IMG/VR virus record: IMGVR_UViG_3300045996_003284
Span: 1 to 64,000 of that record
Length of the DNA: 64,000 bases
Direction: 5' to 3' (one strand)
Origin: a virus
The translations under genes were made by a program, and so were the position numbers. Shown here piece by piece: positions 1 through 7,692 of the stretch; within the stretch, counting starts at the first letter, position 1, and each line of letters begins with the position of its first letter. Below the pieces are notes generated by a model that saw nothing but the letters and a program-made list of their open reading frames with translations, made no database searches and was not told where the DNA came from.

Positions 1-930
1 CCGGTGTCCCTGTACCTGTCGATGCCCGCCTCGGACGAAGACGTTCTAATCGTGCTGCTGAGGCTGATGATGACCCAGTTCCTTAAGGTCAACATGCGCC
101 ATCTGGACACCGACAACCGAGGCCGTCCGAAGCGGCATGATTGCCTCATTGTGGCCGATGAATTTCCGGCACTGAAGAAGATGAAGATCTATGAATTGCT
201 GATGAAGCGATTTGCCCAGTACCGGATCAAGAGCTTCAAGACCGTCCAGTCGTTTAACGACATCATTGCTTCATACGGGCGGGACAACACGATCCTCGAT
301 AATTGCTTCATTACCGTCAGCTTCGCGTCGGCGGACGAGACGACACAGAAAAAATTATCCGGCATGCTCGGCAAGGATACCGAGTACCGAACGGCGGAAA
401 ATTTCCAGGGCAGCCGGTTCGGTTTCATGTTGAACAACAAATCGGTGATTACGCATGAGGTGCATCGCGAGATCGTTGACCAAGGCGGTGTGCGCGAGCT
501 GGACCCGGACCATGAATATGTGCTGGTCACCGGGTTCCCAAAGTTCAAAGCCGAAAAGGTCAAATATGACCAGGAGATCGTTTTCCAGCAACGCCTTCTG
601 CCGGCGGCGGAAGTGGGTGACGGTCTGGGACACTATCCCGACCTGCCCGGCAAGGTCGAGATCGAATGGCTTGGCATGCGCGCCACTTGCCCACCACGAC
701 GGGAGACGGCGGATCACAAAAAGACTTCTGATGATTCTCCTCCAGCCAAGGGTAGATCACGCAGGAAAGCGGCCAAGTCCACTGACGACATGATGCTGCC
801 TTTGAACTGGCCGGAGAATGGCGAACCAAGCGCGCCAACTGTGACAGTGCCCCAGGTCTTGGTAGCGGGGGCGGAGCCGAGGAAGCCGCGTCGAAAGAGA
901 ACGCTGGTGATTGAAGGAGATAGACCATGA
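1..930 (+). CDS. virD4: Type IV coupling protein TraG/VirD4, C-terminal part (5' truncated by window edge)
   Basis: Walker B LIVADEFPAL, VQSFNDI..YG..NTILDNC, LSGMLG..TE motifs of the TraG-D C-terminal domain; lies directly upstream of RHH-trbB. Confidence 0.9.
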   Translation, partial: PVSLYLSMPASDEDVLIVLLRLMMTQFLKVNMRHLDTDNRGRPKRHDCLIVADEFPALKKMKIYELLMKRFAQYRIKSFKTVQSFNDIIASYGRDNTILDNCFITVSFASADETTQKKLSGMLGKDTEYRTAENFQGSRFGFMLNNKSVITHEVHREIVDQGGVRELDPDHEYVLVTGFPKFKAEKVKYDQEIVFQQRLLPAAEVGDGLGHYPDLPGKVEIEWLGMRATCPPRRETADHKKTSDDSPPAKGRSRRKAAKSTDDMMLPLNWPENGEPSAPTVTVPQVLVAGAEPRKPRRKRTLVIEGDRP

Positions 931-1304
931 TACGACAGAAAGCCGGGATTCCGAAAGCCCGCTGCGAAGTTCGGCTCCCGTTAGATCTCGACAAGAAAGT
1001 GGAAAAGATCGCCCTATCGTCGGGTGTGACCAAGACCGCCGTCATGATCGCTGCTGCGGAACGGCTGGTTTACGGAGAAGAGACGGCAACAGGTGTTGAT
1101 GCCTTACACGAGCGCATGGCGGGTCTGGTAATCGCGGTGGAGGATCTTCAGTCCAACATGCTTGAGGTGCGCAGCTACTTGGATGCCTTGGCGCAAAAGC
1201 TCTGCACTGGACGAAATGATGCAGAAAGAGCCGCTGAGTTTGACCGGTTCCTTGCCGGTGTCGAGAAGGTAAAAGCCGAACTTATGATGGAGAGCACACA
1301 ATGA
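927..1304 (+). CDS. Ribbon-helix-helix (CopG-like) protein of the traG-trbB junction
   Basis: N-terminal beta strand plus two helices (EVRLPLDLDKKVEKIALSSGVTKTAVMIAA); ATGA overlaps with both neighbours. Confidence 0.7.
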   Translation: MIRQKAGIPKARCEVRLPLDLDKKVEKIALSSGVTKTAVMIAAAERLVYGEETATGVDALHERMAGLVIAVEDLQSNMLEVRSYLDALAQKLCTGRNDAERAAEFDRFLAGVEKVKAELMMESTQ

Positions 1305-2263
1305 AGAACTCAGAACTTTCGTTTAACCGCACCCTGGCTGCCTATCGGCGCGCCCTTGGACCGACCATACGGGAGGCCATGGACGATCCGAACGTCGTCG
1401 AAGTGATGCTGAACCCCGACGGACGGATCTGGGTTGACCAGCTTGTCGGCGGCCGGCGGTTCACGGGCGACATGATGACGCCGGAGGATGCGCTCCAGGT
1501 AATCGATCTGGTTGCGGATCATGTTGAGGAAATCGGCATTGGTTGGAACCGGCCGCTGCTGTCGGCCGACTTGCCGGAGACCGGGGAGCGGTTTCAGGCC
1601 GTCTTGCCGCCGGTTTCCGACGCGCCCTGCTTCACCATCCGAAAAAAGCCGCCCGTGATTTTCACGCTGGCAGATTATGTGCGCGACGGGATCATGACGC
1701 CTCGGCAGGCGGAGATCCTGGAGAATGCCATCGACCGGCGCGTCAACATCATGGTTGGTGGCGGAACGGGCAGCGGAAAGACGACCCTGTTGAACGCTTT
1801 GCTGGCCTTGCCGGGCTTCAAGCGGCATCGCGTCCTGATGGGGCAGGACCGGAACGAGTTGCAATGCAGCGCGGATGATCTGGTGTCGTTGCTGGCGCGC
1901 GAGATAGACCCGGTAATTACCATACACGACATTATCAAGGCGTCGATGCGACTCAGGCCAGACCGTATTGTGATCGGCGAAGTGCGCGAAGGAGCACCGG
2001 GTCTGGCGATGCTCAAAGCGTGGAACACGGGTCACCCCGGCGGCCTGGGGACCCTCCACGCCGACAGCGCGGCAGAAATCTTTGACCGTCTGGAAGAGCT
2101 GATCGGGGAAGTGACCGCCCGTCCGATGCACCGGTTAATCATGCGGGCCGTGAAGATGGCGGTGTTCATCGAGCGGCTGGAAGACGGCAGTCGACGGGTA
2201 ACCGAGATTGTACGGCCCGTCGGGTACTCGAATGGGATGTTTGAGATTGACCCTATCAAATAA
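1301..2263 (+). CDS. trbB: Conjugal transfer ATPase TrbB (VirB11)
   Basis: EVMLNPDGRIWVD, Walker A GGTGSGKTT, MRLRPDRIVIGEVR, WNTGHPGGLGTLHA. Confidence 0.95.
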   Translation: MKNSELSFNRTLAAYRRALGPTIREAMDDPNVVEVMLNPDGRIWVDQLVGGRRFTGDMMTPEDALQVIDLVADHVEEIGIGWNRPLLSADLPETGERFQAVLPPVSDAPCFTIRKKPPVIFTLADYVRDGIMTPRQAEILENAIDRRVNIMVGGGTGSGKTTLLNALLALPGFKRHRVLMGQDRNELQCSADDLVSLLAREIDPVITIHDIIKASMRLRPDRIVIGEVREGAPGLAMLKAWNTGHPGGLGTLHADSAAEIFDRLEELIGEVTARPMHRLIMRAVKMAVFIERLEDGSRRVTEIVRPVGYSNGMFEIDPIK

Positions 2264-2351
2264 CGACGAGCCTATGGATGTCGCGGATTAAATGTGATAT
2301 TAAATCTGACTGTGACGCTTAATCTCACAGATCAACACAACGGAGGCCATA

Positions 2352-2672
2352 ATGAAGTTTCGAAAGTGCGGCGGCGTTGCCAAAACTCTGTTCCTGGCCA
2401 CTGTCGCGGTATTGGCATCCGGTCCCGCCTTCGCGGCCGGGGGGGCCATGCCCTGGGATAATCCGCTTAGTCAGATTACGGCCTCGATTACGGGTCCCGT
2501 CGCCGGCTCGTTCATCGCGATTGCTATTATTGCAAGCGGGCTGACCATGGCCTTCGCGGCGGGTCAGGGCATGCGAACCTTCGCCGGCGTCGTGTTTGCC
2601 GGCAGCATTGTCGGCATCGGCTTGCTTTTCTTCATGGGAATGTTCGGCTTGACGGCCGGGGCGGTGTTCTGA
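2352..2672 (+). CDS. trbC: Major pilin TrbC (VirB2)
   Basis: Signal peptide, MPWDNPLSQITASITGPVA motif, two hydrophobic helices, C-terminal GAVF; GGAGG RBS. Confidence 0.93.
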   Translation: MKFRKCGGVAKTLFLATVAVLASGPAFAAGGAMPWDNPLSQITASITGPVAGSFIAIAIIASGLTMAFAAGQGMRTFAGVVFAGSIVGIGLLFFMGMFGLTAGAVF

Positions 2673-2794
2673 TGGAAATCGATCCGATGGAGAGGCGGCC
2701 GCCGGTCACAAGCATCAACCACAAACCCGTCATTCTGATGGTGACGGCAATTGCACTTCTGCTCCTGATCATCGTCATGCTGGCGGTGTCCTGA
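2672..2794 (+). CDS. 40-aa single-TM microprotein (MEIDPMERRPPVTSINHKPVILMVTAIALLLLIIVMLAVS), not in ORF track
   Basis: ATG overlaps trbC stop (TGATG); stop ends 1 nt before trbD ATG; fills the gap exactly; hydrophobic C-half. Confidence 0.65.
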   Translation: MEIDPMERRPPVTSINHKPVILMVTAIALLLLIIVMLAVS

Positions 2795-2795
2795 T

Positions 2796-3062
2796 ATGGC
2801 GGGTGACGTTCCAGGGTTCCAAATCCCGATGCACCGGAGTCTTCTGAAACCGGTGACCATCAAAGGGGTGGCGCGCGTGCCCGCCATCCTGATCGGGGTC
2901 GTCGGAGCGCTTCTGATCTTCAGCCTGCACAAGGTGACCGGCGGGGTGATCATCAGCGTGGGGCTCTGGGTCGTCGCCCGACACCTCACGGAAATGGATC
3001 CGCACATGTTCGACTTTATGGTCCGTCGGGCGCGGTCGCGCTTGCCGTTCCTCGGGGGCTAA
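2796..3062 (+). CDS. trbD: TrbD (VirB3)
   Basis: PGFQIPMHRSLLKPVTIKGVAR, two TM segments, ...EMDPHMFD; lies before trbE. Confidence 0.9.
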   Translation: MAGDVPGFQIPMHRSLLKPVTIKGVARVPAILIGVVGALLIFSLHKVTGGVIISVGLWVVARHLTEMDPHMFDFMVRRARSRLPFLGG

Positions 3063-3064
3063 GC

Positions 3065-5557
3065 ATGCTCAATCTGAAAGAATTCCGGGACGCGCCAAAA
3101 TCCCTAGCCGATTTTCTGCCTTATGCGGCGATGCCGTTCGATCAGTACCCGTTCGTGATGGCGCTGAAGGACGGCGGCTTGCTGGCAGCGATCCGGTATC
3201 AGGGACCGGACCTGGAAAGCACCTCAACGCAAGCGTTGGTGAACTACTATTCCAACCTTGGCACGATGCTCAAACACTTGGGAGACGGATGGGCCGTCCA
3301 CCTGATCGCTGACCGCTTCTACACGACCGATTACCCGGAGGCTGACTGGCCGTGCTGGGCGGCGTACCTGTTCGACCGGGAGCGTAGGGCACTCGTTCAG
3401 CAAGGCGACTGGCGGCAACTGGAGAGCGACTATATTTTGGCTCTGACCTATCTTCCCCCCGGTGACGCGACGGGGCGGTTGGAGCGTATGCTGATCGAGG
3501 GCGAGGACGGTGAGAAGATCGACGCCGGCCTTGAATATGTCGATTTCTTCGCCCGGCGTGTCGTTGAAACCGCAGACCTTATGAAAGCCTACATGCCGCA
3601 GGCCAAGGTTCTGACGCCGAACGAGTTGTTGACTGTCCTTCACCACCCCCTGTCGCTGGAACGGCAGCAAGTCGATCTTCCGGAAGTTCCTATGTTTTTG
3701 GATTGCCTTCTGGCCCACGAACCTGTGTGGCCGGGCATGCGGGTCGGCATCGGCTATACCGAGGATGCCAACGGCAACGCGCGTCCACAGGAGTATGTAA
3801 TCACCGTCGGCGTCCGAGGCTATCCCGCCAGCACCCACGCTGGCATGCTCGATGATCTGAACAGCCTTGGCTTCCCATACCGCTGGTCAACCCGCGCCAT
3901 CACGCTGGGCGCTGAGCAATCTCTGCGAGCCGTGCAGACTCGCGTCAACAGGTGGGGGTCACAACGGAAGGGTTTGATGGCGCTGGTCGCCGAGCACATC
4001 ACCAAGGAGCCGACCGAACGGCTCAATGAGGAAGCCGTGGCGCTCCATGCCGACAGCAAAGAAGCCCTCCGAGAGGTCGCTGAGGGTCTGGTCTGCATGG
4101 CGTACATCACACCGACGATCACGGTGTCCGATCCCGACCTTGAAACGGCCAAGGAGAAGGCAAAGAAGGTTGTTGGCCTGCTCAAAGCCAAGCATTTCGC
4201 CGCCTATGTCGAGACATTCAACGCCTTCGAAGCGTGGCTGGGAAGTCTCGCCGGAAGTTGCTACGCGAACGTTCGCCAACCTCTCGTCAACACGATGAAC
4301 TTGGTTCACTTGGCACCGCTGTCCGGGGTCTGGGCGGGTGAGTCGTGGAATCAACACCTGAAGGGACCGGCGTTGATGCGGGCTCTCACCGATGGAAATA
4401 CGCCGTTTCATTTCAACCTCCACCACGACGACGTCGGGCATGCTTTAATCGTCGGACCGACCGGCTCCGGTAAATCCGTATTGCTGGGGACCGTGTCGAT
4501 TCAGTTCCTACGCTATCCCGGCGCTCGGGTTTTCGCGTTCGACAAGGACAGGAGCATCCGGATCGCTACCCTGTGCGTCGGTGGCAAGTTCCACGATGTC
4601 GGGGCTCAGGATGACGGCGTTGGCCGTCAACCGCTGCGCTATATCGACCAGCCGGATGAGCTGACCTGGGCGACGGAATGGATCTACGACCTGATGGTCA
4701 AGGCCAACGTAGCCCTGACAACCGACCAGAAGAACCACATTGCCGAAAAGCTGGCCTCCCTGGCATCGAGCCCGCCGGAGGAGCGGACCTTGACCGTGTT
4801 GCGCGCCCGCCTGGGCGATAAGACTCTCAAGGATGCTCTGAAGCCGTTCACCCTGGGTGGCGTTTTTGGCCACCTGTTGGACGGTGACCACGACGACTTC
4901 AGCGTCACGCGGTGGCAGGCGTTCGAGATGGGCCGGCTTCTGGGGCAACCCAGCGCGTGCATTCCCGTGATGACCTACCTGTTTCATCGGATCGAACAAA
5001 CCCTGTCTGAGAACGATGATTCCCCCACTCTGCTGATCATCGATGAAGGCTGGCGGTTCCTGGACGACACCACCTTCGCGGGTCAGATCGCCGATTGGCT
5101 GCTGACCCTCAGAAAAAAGAACGTGAGCGTCATTTTCACGACGCAGACGATCAGCTCGATCTCGGAAAGCCGGATTGCGCCCATCATCCGCGACAATTGC
5201 CTGACGCGAATTTATCTCCCCAATGCCGGCGCCACAGACGAAGACACCGCGCCGTATTACCAGGGTCTGGGTCTGAACAATCAGCAAATCCGCCTGATTG
5301 CGAAGGCTCGTCGGAAACGGCAATACTATTATACGTCCGATGATGGCAATAGGATGTTCGAGTTGGGCCTTGTCGATCTCGGGCTTCTCTTGGTTGGGTC
5401 CAGCGACAAGACTGACCATGCACTGGCAGACAACATTCTTGAGCGGTACGGGGAAGAACGGTTCTTCGAGCAATTCCTACGGGCCAGGGGGTACCACTGG
5501 GCAGCGGATTTGGTGTCAGGCAAAATAACCGACACCGTGGCAGTCGCCGCAGAATAG
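3065..5557 (+). CDS. trbE: Conjugal transfer ATPase TrbE (VirB4)
   Basis: MLNLKEFR..P..LADFLPYA start, DVGHALIVGPTGSGKSVLL Walker A, LLIIDEGW Walker B, WLLTLRKKNVSVIFTTQ. Confidence 0.96.
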   Translation: MLNLKEFRDAPKSLADFLPYAAMPFDQYPFVMALKDGGLLAAIRYQGPDLESTSTQALVNYYSNLGTMLKHLGDGWAVHLIADRFYTTDYPEADWPCWAAYLFDRERRALVQQGDWRQLESDYILALTYLPPGDATGRLERMLIEGEDGEKIDAGLEYVDFFARRVVETADLMKAYMPQAKVLTPNELLTVLHHPLSLERQQVDLPEVPMFLDCLLAHEPVWPGMRVGIGYTEDANGNARPQEYVITVGVRGYPASTHAGMLDDLNSLGFPYRWSTRAITLGAEQSLRAVQTRVNRWGSQRKGLMALVAEHITKEPTERLNEEAVALHADSKEALREVAEGLVCMAYITPTITVSDPDLETAKEKAKKVVGLLKAKHFAAYVETFNAFEAWLGSLAGSCYANVRQPLVNTMNLVHLAPLSGVWAGESWNQHLKGPALMRALTDGNTPFHFNLHHDDVGHALIVGPTGSGKSVLLGTVSIQFLRYPGARVFAFDKDRSIRIATLCVGGKFHDVGAQDDGVGRQPLRYIDQPDELTWATEWIYDLMVKANVALTTDQKNHIAEKLASLASSPPEERTLTVLRARLGDKTLKDALKPFTLGGVFGHLLDGDHDDFSVTRWQAFEMGRLLGQPSACIPVMTYLFHRIEQTLSENDDSPTLLIIDEGWRFLDDTTFAGQIADWLLTLRKKNVSVIFTTQTISSISESRIAPIIRDNCLTRIYLPNAGATDEDTAPYYQGLGLNNQQIRLIAKARRKRQYYYTSDDGNRMFELGLVDLGLLLVGSSDKTDHALADNILERYGEERFFEQFLRARGYHWAADLVSGKITDTVAVAAE

Positions 5558-5565
5558 GAGCCCCA

Positions 5566-7479
5566 ATGACCCGCAAAACAATTCTCGCGGCTGCGTTCCT
5601 GATCCTGTCGTCATCCACGTCCTTCGCGGCCATCAACGCCGCCGATTACGGAGTCAGCGCGTCTAACGGTGACAACGCGGCCGCCTTACAGCGTGCTTTC
5701 GATGCGGCTGGGCCGGGCGAGGAAGTGATCATTCCGAATGGGAGAATCGCCTACGGTCGCCAACTCAGGATTGACAGCGCGCGGGTGCGGGGCTCCGGGG
5801 GCACCGTTCTGGCACCGTCCAACCCGGCCAATCAAAGGATCTTCATGACCGGCAACGGGCCATCGATTTCCAACATGCGAATCGATTATCATCCCATCCA
5901 CCGCAACGGCTCAGAAACCGGGCGAGCCGGAATTTGGGTACAGGAAGCTAGGAACTTCAACGTCAGCGGCATCGTTCAGGACGGCGCAGCCTACGGCGTT
6001 CCGGCAACGCGGGGGATGGGAGGGAGCGGCATCTTCGTGCACCGATCCCAGGGCGGCACCATCCGGAATAATACGATCAGCTACACAAAAGCGGATAGCA
6101 TTCACATTACGAACGGGACCTCTGATGTCGAGGTGACCGGAAATCGGATTGTGGGCAGTGGTGATGACGGAATTGCGACGGTGGACTACGGCGGCGGTGT
6201 CCGAAACATCCGGATCGACGGCAACACGGTCCTCGATAATCGCTGGGGGCGCGGCATCACTGCGGTAGGGTCTTCGGATGTCCGAATCACCAACAATTTT
6301 ATCGACGGCAACCGCACCGACGGTGCGGGCGTGTATATCGCATCCGAACGCGGCTGGGGCATCGGCGCCCCTCGGAACATCCTGGTTCAGGGCAACACCA
6401 TTCAGGATACCGGCGGTCGCGGCAAGGGCCATGGTCAGATCATGGTGGCGAACGGCGGCGGCGCGCCGTCGAACATCCGCATCCAGGATAACGAGGTTCG
6501 GAATTCCAAAACCCCACAGCATGCTGTCGTGCTAAGCGGGAGCATGAACAACGTCACTCTGGAAGGTAACACCATCGACGGCGAGATCGTCCGCCGCAAC
6601 GGGGGCAGCTTCACGGGCAGCGGAAACACCACCAACGACCCTAGGATGAACAACCCCGCACCGGTTCCTGAGGGAACACCGCCGCCCATGGGTGGCGGTG
6701 GCGGCGGTGACTGGGGTGGCGAGCCGGACGGTGAGGGAGAGGAAGCTGTTAACAACGTCATCTCCAACGCCGGAAATTTTACGGGGGCGTGCTCCGGGAC
6801 GACCGGCCTGTCCAGCGCCATCTCGGCGGGCGCGGGCATCGCGTCGATTGCCAGTGGGGGACGCGCCACCGCTGCGCTTCAGATCGCCCAGCAAGCCCAA
6901 CTTATTGCCCAGCGGATCTGTCAAACGGAGCAGTTGATGACCATGCTGGAGAACCTGAAGAAGACGCCGCTCAACACGGCCGGGGCGATCCAGTCCGCCA
7001 TGGCCCAGCTTCGGTCGATGCTGGGAACGACAGACGCAACGATCTACAACCAAGCTGCGGCGATGCGTGCCTATGGCGAATTGTACCCAAATGACATGTC
7101 GGACATGACGATCGAAGAGGTTCTTGGCAAGACGCAGGAATGGCGTGAAGTCGCCCATGAAGCGGTTCAGGAGTCTTGGCGGGTTCAGTCAGCGGCCGTT
7201 CAGGCACAGGAAGCCTCTTCGGCGCGCGTTGGTCAGCAACTCGCTGCCGTTCAGACAGCCCCCGGCATGCTGGCGGCACAGCAGGCGACGGCGCAACTGA
7301 TCGGAAGCCTGATCGGCGATACACAGGCCATGCAGACCGTAACGATGTCCCACTTCCGGGCCGTTGAGAACCAGATCGCAAAAAGTGAGGCCAAGACGCT
7401 GCAAGCCGAAGAACTGCACCGCCGGGCTATGGAAAATTTGGGTGCGAATAGTACAGTTGAGGTCATGAGCCCCTACTAA
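5566..7479 (+). CDS. trbJ: TrbJ (VirB5) fused to an N-terminal right-handed parallel beta-helix (pectin-lyase fold) domain
   Basis: Signal peptide; aa ~22-355 beta-helix (ADYGVS...DNAAALQRAFDAA, ADSIH, SGDD, GRGIT); Pro/Gly linker; C-terminal helical TrbJ-like region (MLENLKKTP, YGELYP, QTAPGMLAAQQATAQL); lies between trbE and trbL. Confidence 0.85.
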   Translation: MTRKTILAAAFLILSSSTSFAAINAADYGVSASNGDNAAALQRAFDAAGPGEEVIIPNGRIAYGRQLRIDSARVRGSGGTVLAPSNPANQRIFMTGNGPSISNMRIDYHPIHRNGSETGRAGIWVQEARNFNVSGIVQDGAAYGVPATRGMGGSGIFVHRSQGGTIRNNTISYTKADSIHITNGTSDVEVTGNRIVGSGDDGIATVDYGGGVRNIRIDGNTVLDNRWGRGITAVGSSDVRITNNFIDGNRTDGAGVYIASERGWGIGAPRNILVQGNTIQDTGGRGKGHGQIMVANGGGAPSNIRIQDNEVRNSKTPQHAVVLSGSMNNVTLEGNTIDGEIVRRNGGSFTGSGNTTNDPRMNNPAPVPEGTPPPMGGGGGGDWGGEPDGEGEEAVNNVISNAGNFTGACSGTTGLSSAISAGAGIASIASGGRATAALQIAQQAQLIAQRICQTEQLMTMLENLKKTPLNTAGAIQSAMAQLRSMLGTTDATIYNQAAAMRAYGELYPNDMSDMTIEEVLGKTQEWREVAHEAVQESWRVQSAAVQAQEASSARVGQQLAAVQTAPGMLAAQQATAQLIGSLIGDTQAMQTVTMSHFRAVENQIAKSEAKTLQAEELHRRAMENLGANSTVEVMSPY

Positions 7480-7496
7480 AACAAAGGAGAAGTCAA

Positions 7497-7679
7497 ATGA
7501 TGCACGCCGCGCTGACCCCGAAAGCCATTATCATCGTCCTGCTGTTCGGTGGCTTTGTTTTGATTGACCGCAGTTGCTCAATGGAAGATCCGACCGTGAA
7601 GGTGGGTCAGGAGCGGCACAAGGCGGCCATGAAGGACCTTGGCAAGAACACCTATCACCACGTCCAAAGCCCGTATTAA
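7497..7679 (+). CDS. trbK: TrbK-like entry exclusion protein
   Basis: 60 aa, N-terminal hydrophobic segment, AAGGAG RBS, lies between trbJ and trbL; C-terminus mirrors the TrbJ C-terminus (H..AM..LG.N....V.SPY). Confidence 0.7.
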   Translation: MMHAALTPKAIIIVLLFGGFVLIDRSCSMEDPTVKVGQERHKAAMKDLGKNTYHHVQSPY

Positions 7680-7692
7680 TCAGGAGCAGACT

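Noticed and set aside
2286-2305. CtrA box upstream of trbC
   Set aside because: Spacing is TTAA-N8-TTAA, not N7
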